In this document: piece after piece, positions 22,927 to 36,885 of the stretch
Numbering within the stretch: the stretch's first letter is position 1
Layout: each line of letters starts with the position of its first letter
Assembly (NCBI RefSeq): GCF_018350175.1
Contig: NC_058369.1
Location: 9,240,001 to 9,304,000 of the forward strand
Length of the DNA stretch: 64,000 bases
Origin: Felis catus
Lineage: Eukaryota
Reading direction: 5' to 3'
Made by a program: the position numbers and the translations under genes
The notes under the pieces: model-generated
Told to the model about the DNA's origin: nothing
What the model saw: only the letters and a program-made list of their open reading frames with translations
Database searches by the model: none

Positions 22927-25038
22927 TCCTCCCCAAAGACCCCTTCCTTTGGCTTCTTCAGTAGTGGCCACTTCACCCCCAATCCCTGTCTGACAGGAAT
23001 TCTGATCTGATGGGATTTGCTGGCCCCTGGGCACCTCTGGAACACCCCAGATGGTGTTACTGCAAGGCACTGGGTCTGCTTGTTCAGAGAGAGCCACGGA
23101 GCACTGACGTCTGAGGTCTCGCAGGTCGGTGCTGAGTCCCCTGCAAAGGGGGGACCCGGGAGGAGCCCGTGGGTCCGCCCGCATCCCCCAGGGCTGCCTG
23201 CCGGGCTGGGCGTGGAGAGGCCCCCAACTCGCGGACGGACCTGGCCTTTGCCCCTCCATCCACCTGCTGGGTGTTGTGCTCTGCACCACGGTGTATCCTT
23301 CCTCCTGTCTCCTTCATGGGCCACTGTCTGTCCTCTCATGGGAATAAGCAGTCGGGCACCCAGTTCCCTTGGGCTTCAGTGACCGGGTCGCGTCTCTAGT
23401 TCTCCCTGGGCTGGGGGCAATGCCAAGGAAGGTTCTCCCGTCGGGTGCGGGGCAGAGAACGCTGAGCAGCTCACACCAGGGGAGGACCACGGACGGCACT
23501 GGCGGAGGCAGGGTGGGTGGAGGTGGGAACGGCGTGCTTGCCTCCAGGGCCAGGGCCTGCGACTGCCGTGTCCCATCCAGATGTTCCCTGCGGCCTGATC
23601 TGTTGTCCCTGCCCCATCCTCCCTTCATGGCCTTCTTGAGCTCAGGCCTCAGGGGCAGCCAGAGCAGGTCTAGCCTACGCAGGTGTGACCGGCACGCCAC
23701 CTCCCCCCGCTGCACAGGTGACTCAGGTCAAAGGCTCAAGCCCCTTCAGATCCATGAGTAGAGGGGGAGTGAGGAAAGGAGAGAGGAAGGTAATGAGGGG
23801 GTGATGTGTGTGCCTATCCTGCCCCTGGCCACACCCCTGCCCAGATCCTCGGGGCTGTGCTTCCTGGTCATGCTCCTGTCCCCACCACGTGGGGCTCTAG
23901 GGGTGACAGAAGAGGGATAAACCTCAGGATGGCTCCAGGGCCCGAGTGTAGGCTTGAAGCTGGGGGCGGAGCACAGAGTGGAAAGAAGGAAGGAAAGATC
24001 CTAGAAGCCCCCTGGGCCGGGCCCAGGCCGAGCCCCTCCCCTCTTTGCCCTCTGGCTGCCCTGCACTCTCAAGGACTTCCTCGGTCCCTGGGTCTCCTGT
24101 TTGCAGAGATGGGGAGAACCCCTCTGTGACCCGTCTCCCTAGCCCCCCATCCGTCCACGGCTCCCCTCCTCAGGGTGTCTCAGATTCTCAGACTTAGGTT
24201 TCAAGAGGCACAATAGTTACATTCTCCGGCTCTGATTGCCACAGGCCAGGCCTCTGGCTCCCCTTGAGATTGGGTTTCCAGTGCCCTGGATGCTCCGGAA
24301 TCACAGAAGAGGGGGAGCCAGGGAGGGGGAGGGGAGTGTCACACTGGGGAGGGCCAGGATCAGCTCCTGAATTGCATCGGCCCTTCAGAGGACCCCCAGA
24401 ACAGCGCACGCTCCCGCCTGCTTCCCGAACCCCAGACCTGGAGAAAGCCCGGGGAGGGGCAAGCAAACTGCAAACTCCGGGGGTTGTGCTCGCTAGCCCC
24501 CCGAAGGTCAGAGGTCCGGCCGAGCTAGAGGTGGCCTCCTGTCTGGCCCAGCGCTTAGCACTGAACATGCCGTGCCCGGTGGGACCACGGCTCTGCGTGC
24601 ATCGTCTGCTCCTACCCCTACGGGGCAGCAGGAAATCGCTTGTTGTGTGTCCAAGCGCGTGCGCGTTTGACTGCGCTTGCCTCGGTATACGCGCGTTGTG
24701 GGTGTGGTTGAGCTGGGTCTTTCCGCCCCTCTTGGCCACCTAAGAGCTCACTCTGTCAGTGATGTGCGTGGAGGCAGCCGGCCAGCAAGTTGCGTGTGGC
24801 CCCTTTCGCGGAGAGAGTTTGTTTCGGGTGGGAGCTGAGGCAGAGCGTTCCCTGCAGCGAGCAGGAATTCGTCCTTCACCTAGCGGGAGCCGTAAATATC
24901 TCCCCGTCTGCGAGTGGAAATATATATACGTATATATATATATAACATGCCGTCAACTGGGGTTCGGATGCAACACTGGGCTCTTCCTGGCTGCTGGAGC
25001 TTCCCCTCCAGAGCTCCAGTGAAGTGTCCCTTTTGGAT

Positions 25039-25065
<27 letters not shown>
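25039..25065. repeat. (CA)n microsatellite
   Basis: Directly visible. Confidence 0.9.
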
Positions 25066-25069
<4 letters not shown>

Positions 25070-26516
25070 CGGCAAGGTCAGGAGAGGAAAGAGAGCGGGA
25101 GAGAGGGAAAATGAAGGAGAAGGAAGGACAGAGAGGAGCGTGGAGCCAAGGCAGAGAAAAAGGAGATCAGGAATGGGATTCCAAAGGGAAAGGCGAAGAG
25201 CTCCATAAAAAAGTAGTGGGGCTTCAAGGGCTGAGAAGGGCTGGTGGAGGGTCGAGAGAGGCAGTGCTGGAGGGGGAGCTTCGTGGCTGTTCCAGGGGAT
25301 GTGAAGGGACCTAAGGAAGAGAGGGGTCCACACTGCCTGCCAACTGTTGGCCGAGCTTGGCCCAGGTCCGGGTATTTGCAGAAGGCCACAAGCCATTGAT
25401 GCAGGGGGGTGACCGATGACAGGTGTGCAGACGAATGGGGAGGAGTAGCCCCAGACCCAGGAGCCATGCTGAGACAAGAGTCCAGATCGGTCACCTGCCT
25501 CTGCATAACCCTCCCTTCTGGAAGCCTCCACGGCGGCCAGAGCCCTAAGGCACTACTGGCAGGTGGCCTCTCCCTCAAAGGTGTGGATCACGTGAGCAGC
25601 CCAGGTCCCAAGCAGAGGGCAGTCAGCAGAGCATGCTCCTGTGGGTGACATGAGCTGGCGTGACCCTCGGCAGCATGAAGAATAAGCTGTGGGCTCTGAG
25701 ATTCTCTCCGTCCCCAAACCTGGCCCGGGCTCAGGGACCCGGATGCCTGCCTGCCCAGGGCGTGCATCCCAGGGCATCAGACACAGTGGCTGGACTGTTC
25801 CTAGGAGGCTACATTTGAGAGGCCTCATGTGAGAAAGCTTCAAACCAGGGAAGGTGCTCTTTGGTCCTCAGCGCCAGGGAAGAGGGAAAGGTTGAGCTGC
25901 GTCAAGGCCAAGAGCGGGTAGTGGTGCCCCCCCACCCCCCCCGGCTGCTGCGTCCCCTCTCCGGTCTCTAGGATGTGAAGGCAGCAGTTGTCTCTGAAGA
26001 GAGGGGTAGGCAGCGGGGTTAGGGTTGCTTTGCTGACCTTGGTCAGGGTGGCCCTGAACTGGGGGGTGTGTACCTAGGGTCCCCAGTGCTCCGGCAGCCA
26101 GGCTGGGGAGAGCCGAGGCCACAGAGGCTTCCAGGGGATGTGGCCCAGGAAGCCGGGGGAACCAGAGTAACAGCCTCTGGGGGCGGGGGGGGGGGGGGCG
26201 GGGGCCGGGTGGTTGGGGGAGGGAGGATAAGAGATGGAGCTGGGCACCTGTCTGCCTTGTGCCAGCCAACACTGTCCCTGCCCCTCCACTGGCCCACAGG
26301 CCACCAGCTGGCCCATTATCCCTGGCGAGAAAGCAGACACTGGAGGGGGGCTCCCATGCAAACCCGCCCGGCAGGGACTGCCAGGGGAGAGCCACCCTGT
26401 TCTGGGTCGGGGGCGAGGGGAGAAGTGGGGGGGGGGGGTGCTGCGGAGACAGGAGCCCCCGCCGCGCAGCAGTCAGGTCTCCTCCTGTGCTGTTGGCAGG
26501 GGGCAGTGCGTGGGGC

Positions 26517-26623
26517 CTGCGAACAGGAGATAAAGAGTTCAGGCAGAGGGTTTTTTCTCACTAACCGTGGATTTGTATGTTTGTTCAGCTGGTGGCTCTG
26601 ATAAGCCCCATTCTGCCAGATAA
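26517..26623. promoter_or_regulatory. E-box/GATA composite enhancer (haematopoietic/erythroid type)
   Basis: CTG-N8-AGATAA (26517-26533), CAGCTG-N7-TGATAA (26586-26604), third AGATAA (26618-26623). Confidence 0.7.
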
Positions 26624-26879
26624 AAGCTGAGCAGCCATGAGGCGGGGCGTGGGGAGGGGTGTCATAAAGGGACCTTCCTCCCGTCTGTCCTGAGGCCTGG
26701 GGTTATCCCCTCCCCCAGGGAGCCCAACAGGGAAGGGAGTCAGCATGCTGGGTTGGCGTGCTCCCCGGTGGGCCAGGCGGATCCCAGAGGCCTTGTGATC
26801 CCAGAGGGTCGTCTAGAGCAAGCCCCGACCTCCAGGCGCGGCTCCCCAAAGCGCCCACGGAGGCCGGCCCAGCTGGCTC

Positions 26880-28200
26880 CCGCTCCTGGGGCGGGAGGGG
26901 GTGGGGGTTTCTCCTTACCCTCCCTAGAAGCCTGTCCACCAGGGCCCGGTGGCCGGTTTGGGCCCCACGGCTGCTGTATGGGTTCCTGCCAGTCCCCTGC
27001 CCCCGTCCGTCCAAGGCGCACCCCTAAGCCTGCCCCCCTCCCCCTCCCCCCGTGTCCCTCCCGGTCCTGCCAGGGCAGGGGTCCTAGTTGAGCCCCTGGG
27101 CCCGGGGATGGCCCGTGGAGGGGGCTTCGGCTGCCTTTGAGTAGCACGTGGCGTCCCCAGGGCCCCTGCCTCAGCCCTCCCTTCTCCTGCTGCTGGGTGC
27201 TGGCCCCCCGAGGGTGAAGGGGGTGCCGCTGGAGCAGGACGGTGGCGCCCTGGCTGAAGCTGCCCCTGCTGCAGGGCTGCCCCCTGAGCCTTCCGAGCCC
27301 GGGTCCAGATTTCCCGTGTTTCTGCCTTTTGTCCCGGAGCCGGGCTGAGCCTGCCGGGGGCCGGCGGGGGTGGCATTGTGGGGACGCCGGCGGGGCCGCC
27401 AGCCGTAAGATGGCTGCCAAGGGCTAAGATGGCTGCCAGCAGCGCCTGGAGGCGCGTGGCAGCGGGCCTCGCCCGCGCCGGCTGCCCGCTCCCGCCTGCT
27501 CCTTTACATCAAGCTAATAGTAATAACAGCAATAACGTCTCGGGGCAGTGTCCTGGTTTAGAAGGATTTCCTGCCTCTCGCGCTCTCCCGGAGCCCCATT
27601 TGTCTCTGCCGTAGTCGCTGGCCCATCTCCATCCCTTTGTCGGGTTCTCTCTAGCCTTTTCTGTCCTCGGGCTGGGTGTGCGCATGCGCGCAGCGTTCTG
27701 TCTCCACGTGGCCATTTTCAGGGGGCCCGGGACCGCGCCCGTGGGGGGACTCCTCCGTCTCCCCCAGCTCCGCCGACCCGGCCCCGGAAGGCCGGTGGGG
27801 AACGAGTGGGTCCCAGGATGGGTGGGGTCGGTAGCGGGCCACCCCAGGGCGGCAGAGCCTGGAGTGGGTGCCCCTCAGTGGGCTCCACGTGCTGGTCCCC
27901 CGGCCGTGCCCTTCCTGAGCCGTTGAGTGGAGGAGAGAGGGAGCAGGCTCAGGGTCCAGGGAGGGCCTGGCGTGGGGTGTCCACGGCTTTAGCCCCTCAG
28001 CTGCTCCTTCCTGGACAAGCCGGGCGTGGAATCAGACCTAGATAGCCGGGAAGAGGCCAAGGTGAGAGAAGGACGGAATTCATACCCACGAGGCGCCGTG
28101 GCCCAGAGAGGTTGCCCTCCTGGGAGCGTGGGGGGAGGTCCTGTGGATTCTCTCCAGCGCGGAGCGCACCACGGGCAAAGAGGCGGCCGCCTGGGATAGG
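26880..28200. promoter_or_regulatory. promoter-like CpG island upstream of NFIX exon 3
   Basis: CpG dense; tandem AAGATGGC (YY1-like), TGCGCATGCGC (NRF1-like), CACGTG. Confidence 0.65.
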
Positions 28201-29718
28201 ATTCGCCACCCCTCCGCACACCACAGGGGTGAGCACAAATGGAACGGTGGAAGGCTGCACCCCAAACTGGAGGGGGGGGGTGGCGAAGGACCGCCATGAG
28301 CACTTCCCTTGTGAGCCTCTCTGGGCGTTTGATTTGTGACAAGGTTTGCTGTTCTTTTTTGGAATTAGAGAAAAAAAAAAAAAAATTGAACAGGTAAAGA
28401 ATCCGGGGGGAGTGGGGCCTAAACCTGTCCTGGAGGCAGCCCGTCCTTTCCCACTGGTCACCTTGAGGCAGGTGGCCGAGAACTCGGCCTGAGCCGAGGC
28501 TGGGCCTTCGCTCCCATAGGGATGCTGTTCTCACCAGCCCCTGTGGCCATCACTCTCTGTCCCTCCCGAGTGGCCGCAGGGCCCCCTGCCGCAATCTCTC
28601 GGGCCCACACCTTGCCCTTTGGGAACTTCCTTGGCTGGTCAGTCCCCAGTGTGAACAGCTTGGCTGTGAGGCCAGCGAGGGGTGGACTCTCCGGCCAGCA
28701 GGCTGACCTCGGGGCGGTGGATGAGACCCAGGAGGCAGGGCCAGAGTTGGGCAAAGCCCCGGCCAATACCAGGGCACGGTTTTCTGATGCCACCCCCACG
28801 TCGTCTTCCTGTGAGCGGCCCTTTCTTCACCAAATGCCTGCCTTCCTCCTGCCCCACAACCTGCCCTGGCCCCCCTCTGCCACCCTCTCGCCAGCTGTCG
28901 TGCCTGGGCAGGCATTCTGGAGGTCCCCATTGTGCCCCTGGCACACAAAGCTTTGAGGACCTGGGGGGGGGGGGCGGGGGTGGGGGGGGCTTTCCCAAGC
29001 TCAGCAAAATATTCACACACACTCTCCACCCTGCCCCAGCCCTCTGTGAGCTCCCACCGCACAATGGGCCCTTGTCTCGGGGCTCCCTCTGAGCAGCTGT
29101 GGCACCGGGGCATGAGACAGCCCAGACAGGCTGGCACAGAGCGGGCGACAGCGTTAGGGCAGGCCTCCCCCCTCTGTGTTGCCAGGCACCGCCTGTAAGC
29201 ATAAAGGTGAGGTGGGGGTGGTTCAGGCTGACAGGAACGGCTGTAATTAATGAAGAGAGAAGGACGGGGCTGCTCCTCTGGGGGCTTGGGCTGAGCGGAG
29301 GATGGGGGGACCCTGGGGTTCGTCCCAGCTGTGCAGAGAGGCGGTCACTGGCTTCTTTCACGGGCACCCTCCTTGCCCTGGTTCTCAGCCACTGCTGCCC
29401 ACTTGAGGGCGACTTCGCCCCCCGGGGCGCACGGGGCAGTTCTGGTTGGCACACGGGGGTGCTACTAGAATCTAGAACGTGGAGGCCAGGGCTCCTGCCA
29501 GACACACCCTGCGGTGCCCAGGATGCCCCGCCGCGGAGAATGGTCTGGCTTCACTGTCAGTAGCACTTTCTTCCTCCTCTCTCCAGGTCCCCCCAGGCTG
29601 CTCCCCTCCGAGGAGAGGGTGCTGTGAAGGTGTTGGCAGGGCTGAAGGCACAGCTCCTTGGCTGGCGTTGGTGGGGCGCTTCGATCCTGACCTCTTCTCC
29701 CCTTTGTGTCTCCCGCAG

Positions 29719-29781
29719 AATCCGGACAATCAGATAGTTCAAACCAGCAAGGAGATGCGGACATCAAACCACTGCCCAACG
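29719..29781 (+). CDS. NFIX: Nuclear factor I X, exon 3 ([22 protein letters not shown])
   Basis: cccgcag| 63 nt |gtcagt; recognised NFIX peptide. Confidence 0.96.
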
Positions 29782-30115
29782 GTCAGTGCCCCTCCACAAC
29801 TCCCGCCGGCCCACGCCTGGCCTCTTGGGCCTGCCCTGCCCCCCTCGCCCTCCTCTGCCCTCCAACACCCTGGCCAACCTGGCCTCCTGTCTGCCCCCAT
29901 TTCTTCCCCTCGACTCAGCTGTTCCTCAGCTGAACTTCAGCTGATGGCCAAGGGGGTGGGGGCTCCCCTGAAGCCTGCTCGGTCCTCCGTGTAGACGTGA
30001 GGGCCCTGAGGGCCAGCCTGTGTCTGGAACACGAGGCTTGGGAGGAAGCGAGTCGAAGCGAGAGTGGGGAGAGCTTTGGGGAGACAGGCAGGTGGCCCCT
30101 CCGAGCCTGGCCTGA

Positions 30116-30223
<108 letters not shown>

Positions 30224-30536
30224 TGAGTTCTTTCTTCCAGCCGTGGCTGAGCTCAGCAGACCGGGGGTGTAAGGAGGGGGGATTCGGACCCCATGTGTCC
30301 CCCCTCCAGCTGGTGGGGCCCTAGTAGGGGGCAGACAGGATTTCCTGGGACACTCTGCCCGTTGGTACTGGGCTAGGTGGAGCAGAGGTGCCCAGAGAGC
30401 CCTATCTCTAATCTCCACTGTTTTGGAGGAAAGCAAAATCATCACCAAGGGCTCTTCCCCAAAGACCCCCCCCCCCCCCACAGCCAGGAGGAGGCTTCTG
30501 GGGAGCCGCTCGTGACAACGAAACAGGCCCCACTGA

Positions 30537-30704
<168 letters not shown>

Positions 30705-31580
30705 TGAGCCCAGGACCCCGGCCCTCCCCTCCGATCCCCAGGCCGTCTCGGGGGCTGCAGGAAGCTGTCACCCCTTGTTGAGGGTGTTGACTCCAGAGCA
30801 GCCCGGGCCCAGCGTGCCGCCAGCCCCCTGAGCTTCCTGCTTCGGGCTGTCGCTGGGCATTTGGTGCTGGGGACATAAGCCCCAACGGGGCACAGCTCTG
30901 CCTACAAGGCACTCCCCGTGGGGATCTGAGAAGGCCTCTCTCTGGGGCAAGTGACATGAGCCCAGACGTACGTACGGGGGCTGGTACAGGCACGGGGTGG
31001 GTGCTCCAGGTAGGGCAGCCTCTATCCCAGGCAAGGATGGACGTCCGGGTGGGACCCCCAAAGAGGGCTTTGGAGGCCAGCAGAAGGTGTTTAGACGTAA
31101 AACCCACTGAAGGGTTTTAGGTTTTAAGCGGGGGATGCTGGGGGTTTGTGTTCTAGAAAGTACCCCTAGCTGCAGCACGTGTGGGCGGGGCTGACAGCCA
31201 GTTAGAGGCCCTCCCAGCAGGCTGGAGTAGGGGAGGGCCTCAGCTGGGCGGGGGAGTGGCATGAGAGGACTGGACGGAGCTGAGAGGTTTTGGGGAGGTG
31301 GGCACATTCGGCCCTTGTCAGGGCCAGTTGTTCGGGGGCAGGAAGGGACCCTGTGTTTTTTTAAAAAGCTTGAACGTTTGGTTCATCGTGAGGTTTTGGG
31401 AATTGATTTTTATTGGTTAAAGTATCGCACTGTGATGTTACAATGTTCTCGTGTTAGTGACATTTTAACGTAAAAGAACACAGTATCCCTGATGTCTGAA
31501 TTCCGTAGCACCCCTTGGCATTTTCGTCCCTGGCGAGTGCCTCTCGACTTGCCCTGGCCCTGGGGGCTGATGGGAAATAG

Positions 31581-32120
<540 letters not shown>

Positions 32121-32272
32121 TGAGGAGCTGGGCTGCGGCTAACTCGGCCGCAGAGCCCACAGGTGCGGTGGAAGGAAGGCGGAGGCCCCAGACTTCGAGC
32201 CTCCTTGGTCTCCGTCTCCTGCTGTCTCTCTGGAGGGGTTGCCCTAGCTCCTACGGTCCTCATGGTTTAAAG

Positions 32273-32501
32273 CAGTTTCTCCATCCGGGCACTGGTGACA
32301 TTTGGGGCCACGTCGTTCTCCGTGGTGGGGCCATCCTATGCACTGCAGGGCACTCAGCAGAGCTCTGGCCTCCAGCCGCCAGCCAGTAGCACCTCCCCCG
32401 GCCTCCCCAAAGTATAATGACCAGAAACGTCTGGACATTGCTGAACATCCTCTGGCATAGGGGGAGAGGAGACCAGAATCATCCTGAGTTGAGAACCACT
32501 G
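32273..32501 (-). mobile_element. MER20-like relic, near full length
   Basis: ggcactggtgacattt..ccagtagcacc..gtctggacattg..gttgagaaccactg terminus. Confidence 0.8.
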
Positions 32502-32748
32502 GTCTGACGGGCCCAGCATCACAGAGAGGAGCAGAGCCTAGGAAAGAATGGCCAGAATCATTTTCCAATCAAGCAGGAAAGGTAGGGAAGGGCAGAGGTC
32601 TAAAGGAAGCCAGCTCAGTCCTCCCAATAGCCTCAACCACCCCTTTCTTGGTGAACCCACCCACCTTCACCTCCAGTCTCGACGGGAGGCAGAAGCAGAC
32701 CCAGAGAGCCCAGATGGAAAGGAGGGAGAGTGCGTGCATGTGTGTTCC

Positions 32749-32800
32749 CGCACGCGCGTGTGTGTGTGTGTGTGTGTGCGCGCGCGCGCATGCACATATA
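32749..32800. repeat. alternating purine-pyrimidine tract (GT)n(GC)n
   Basis: 52 nt of uninterrupted alternation. Confidence 0.9.
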
Positions 32801-34703
32801 AATGTATGAGGAGACTGGCTGCAGACTATTTCTGCCTGACGCACGGGTGGTACAACCTGTGTGTGTCCTCGAGGTGTGGGTTTCCCGGGGCCAGAGAGTG
32901 CGACCCATGTGTGGGCGTTGTACGTGGGGCACGTCTGCTGTGGCCAGGCCTGGGGCTTTGCTCTCGAAGCCGGAAGAGAAGGGTCTGACCCGATGTCCCT
33001 TTGCCTGGCGTTTTCCAGAAGTGCGTCTACAGGGATGGGCCACGTGGATGGGCAGGGGCAGGAACCGGGGGAAAGCGAGGCAGAAGGGCGGGGAGGCGCT
33101 CCTGCTTTTCCGAGGCCCAGACACAGGCTCCCGCTCTCAGCTCCCTGGGAGGAGGGGAGGAGGGTCTGCGGGTACGGGCTGTAACCACTGCAAAGCTCAT
33201 CCCTGTGGGACAGCTCCCTGGCAGGCCTTTGGGTGCCTCCCCCAGGGTTCCCTCGTGGCAAGCAGGTGCCTGGGCCAACACAGCCCAGATACTTCCCCGG
33301 GGGAGAGAGAAGGGGTTGAAAAGGCCCTGAAGACTCCCCAGCCAGGGCCTCAGTTAAGGGACTGCCCCCTCAAGGACTCAAGCGCCTCGAGAGCCACATC
33401 CACAGCTGTTTCCTGGGGTTCAGCCCCCAAGTCCCTCTGCCCAGACCTGGTTCCCGAGGAGATGTCCCCTCCCTGGCTCCCGCTCTCTTTTCTCAGCTGT
33501 CTGCTCTGGTGCCTGACGTTTCTGCTCCTTCTAGCTGTCCTGCCGCGCACGGCCCCCAACATCCTCCTGCAGCACCCCTGGCTCCTCGCTTTCCCCTCTT
33601 TTCCTCCATGCCCGCCCCCCCCCCGTGTTGTTTCCCCGTGCTGTGACAAATCGCCAATTAAGCAGCCCAGCTGCAGGACAGGGAACAGCTGGGGAGGCGC
33701 TGTGCGGCCACGGGGACAGCTGTGCACAGCTGGTGGGGGTGCTCCCCACCCCCTCACTGTGCCAGCTATCAGGTGGCACACAGCTGCTGCCAGATAACGC
33801 CTCTGCTGGCGGCTGGGAGTTCGCCCTTCCCCCCACCCTTCCTGCAGTGAAGACTGCAGCCCCCTCACCCCCCATTCAAACCGATTCTCTGCCTCAAAGG
33901 TGGCAGCTCTGGAGGTCTCCACACCATCTTACCCGCCCCCCCAACCCCCCCCCCCGCCCCAGCCCTGGGCACGGCCTCAAGGCTCAGCCCAGGACCGGAG
34001 ACAGACTCCCCTGGAGGACCTGGCCCAGGGGCCCTGCTGTGTCATAGCACCATTTGGACATCGTGCCCCCTGGGCTCAGAGATGAACTTGGTTGGCATCA
34101 TCAGGGTCCTACAGGCGGGGAGCTCTGATGGGATGTGCTCTGGGCCCCGGTTCCCACTGAATGCCATCCCATCTCTGGCAACGGGAGCAGAGCAGAGCCT
34201 CGGAATGTCCCTCCCTGGGGCTGCCAGCCTCTGGGTCCCCTGGCAGGGGAGTCCTTTCCTGTCCAGCTCTGTCCCCAGGGCCCACCCAGGCCCTCCAGCC
34301 CCTTCCCCACTCTCTTGTCGGGTGTGGTATCACCCCCTCGGTCCCTCCTGAGGACTGGTGGCTTCTTCCTACCAGAGCCTCCCCCCTTGCAGGGCCCCAC
34401 AGAGCAGACTCCGGCACGTGCTTCCTCGAGGTCTCCTTCACCCTCAACCTAGCTCTCTAGGGCTCCTCCTGCACACCTTTCTCCCCCGCCCCGCCCCCCG
34501 CATCCCCCCCTTCATTCTGTGCCCTCTGAACTTACCCGCTCGGCGGAGAGCAAGATGGGCCCTCGGGTCTGTCCCCTCCCCAGCACACCCAAGGGCTCTC
34601 CTTTTCCTCTCCCTGCAGAAGTAGCTGGCCAGTCGGAGCTGGAAGCGGGCAAAGGAGGCAGGAAGGGGTGTGGTGGGGCAGGGGCAGCCGGGAGGGGGCC
34701 TGA

Positions 34704-34988
<285 letters not shown>

Positions 34989-36575
34989 TAGGGCCACCCC
35001 GAGTGACAGCCCCAGGCCCTCTGAGTAGGCAGAGGGCACGGGAACGGGCCCTGCGTCCCAGGCGGCACCTCCTCACCTTGTTCCCCAGCTTCTCACACGC
35101 GTGTGTGCTTGCGTGTGTGCCTGGGTGTGTGCGCACGTGTGTGCTGTGCCGCACGGGCCCGTCCTGGGGCCCTCTGCGACTTGCCGTGTGACTCGCGAGG
35201 CCTCGGGCCTGCGCCTGCCCAGTTCTCTCCTCCTGCCGGCGGCGGTGGGGAAGCACAGACTCCTCCCTCCGGCCGCTGGCTGAGCCCGGGGGGGTCGGGG
35301 TCCGGTGTCCCCGGCACCGGCCCAGGGCGGTGTGGGGGCACAGATTGACAGGAGCACTCGCGGGAAGCCAGGCTCCCTTCTGAGGCCCTCCCTGCCCTTT
35401 TCCGAAAGCGAAGGGCTGGGCCACAGGGGATGAATGCTGGCTCCTGGGTTGTCTTCCAGGGAGAGGAACAGGCCCACTGCTGTGGGGGGCTGTCTCGCTT
35501 CAGTCTTGGGAGAGGGGGCTCGGTGGGGGCGGGGGGAACACCTCAGTGTTCCCGAGGGGATGGAATCAGGCAGGGAGTTGTGGGAGCTGAGTCCTCATCC
35601 TTGCCACTCCCTCATTTGCCCCCCACCCCCTTGGTAACTTTCCGGCAGAGAGAGGACCCTGCCCCGTGTCCGCCCGCCCACCGCCCGCCGTCTTGTGGGC
35701 CCTTCTGTAGGATGCAGAGAAGAGTGAGGTTTACCCTCCCGGCTTCCTCCTCAGGGCCTCCTGGCCGAGAGCCCAGAGGCAGCCTGCACTGGGGCAGGGT
35801 GTGGTGGCCGCAAGGTGGGGGCGGGGACCCCAGGCCCTCTGTACAGGCAGCGGGAGGGCGGCAGGCCCAGCTCGGCTCCGCTTTTATGAACTCCAGAGAG
35901 AAGCCAAGTTTCCTCAGCCCCCTAATGAAACCGAGAGCAAGAGCGAGCTGATTGGAAACAGACTGGAGGGGGAGGACTCGGCTCAGGGAAGAGCCGGGGC
36001 CTGCGCTGGGGTGGGAGTTGTATGTAGGGAGGACGCGTGTGCGAGGACGGTGGGGCTGAGCGCTCCAGAACGTGGCCTGGGCGCCTCGGCCAGATGCACG
36101 GTCATTTGTATGCAGGAGCGGGGCGGGGGGGTGGGGGGGGGGGTATGCGTGTCCCGGGCTCATCCTACACAGGCAAGGGGCCCCGTCTCTACCCAGAGAC
36201 CAGGAGCTGTTGGCCTCCTCTGTCCCTCATCCAGGCTCCCACCTGGGCCCTGGGCCGGGGTGAAGCCAGTGAGGCATTCACCAGGATGCAGGACGTCACT
36301 AGGAGCCGAAACCCTAGCCGTCGAGACACATGATAACGTAGTGTCATATTTTTAAAAATTAGAACCAGTGCGAAAAACACGCGACGAACAGATATCAACG
36401 TTTTCAACAAAAGACGGGGCTGGCCTTGTACTTGCACGGTCCTGCTTTGTTCGTGTCGCTCTAACTCCAGCCCTGGTTTCGAATCAATATTTACGAAGAC
36501 AGGCAGCTGGCTGACTAGCCCTAGTTTGCCAATTTGACTTTTTAAAAATATTGCATTGAAATGTTAGTTACCTCA

Positions 36576-36770
36576 TGGGCGCCTGGGTGGCCCGGTCGGT
36601 TGAGCCTCCCGACTCGTGACTCCCGCTCAGGTCGTGATCCCAGGGTCGTGGGATCGGGCCCCGCGTCGGGCTCTGTGCTGAGCCCGGGGCCTGCTTCGGA
36701 TTCTCTCTCTCCCTCTGCACCTCCCTCAGTCGTGCTTGCAAAAGCAGGCACGCTCTCTCTCCAGTTAAAA
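36576..36770 (+). mobile_element. SINEC, diverged
   Basis: gggcgcctgggtggcccggtcggttgagc..gtcgggctctgtgctgagc. Confidence 0.8.
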
Positions 36771-36788
36771 AGGAAACGTTACTTACCT

Positions 36789-36885
36789 CGGGGCACCTGG
36801 CTGGCTCAGTCAGTAGAGCTGCGACTCTCGATCCTGGGGTCATGGGTTCAAGCCCCACGTTGGGTGCAGAGATTACGTAAATAAA
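36789..36885 (+). mobile_element. short SINEC
   Basis: ggggcacctggctggctcagtcagtagagc..gggttcaagccccacgttggg. Confidence 0.85.

Noticed and set aside
32802..33797. 331-aa + strand ORF in intron 6
   Set aside because: No recognisable homology or splice architecture; GC-rich chance ORF
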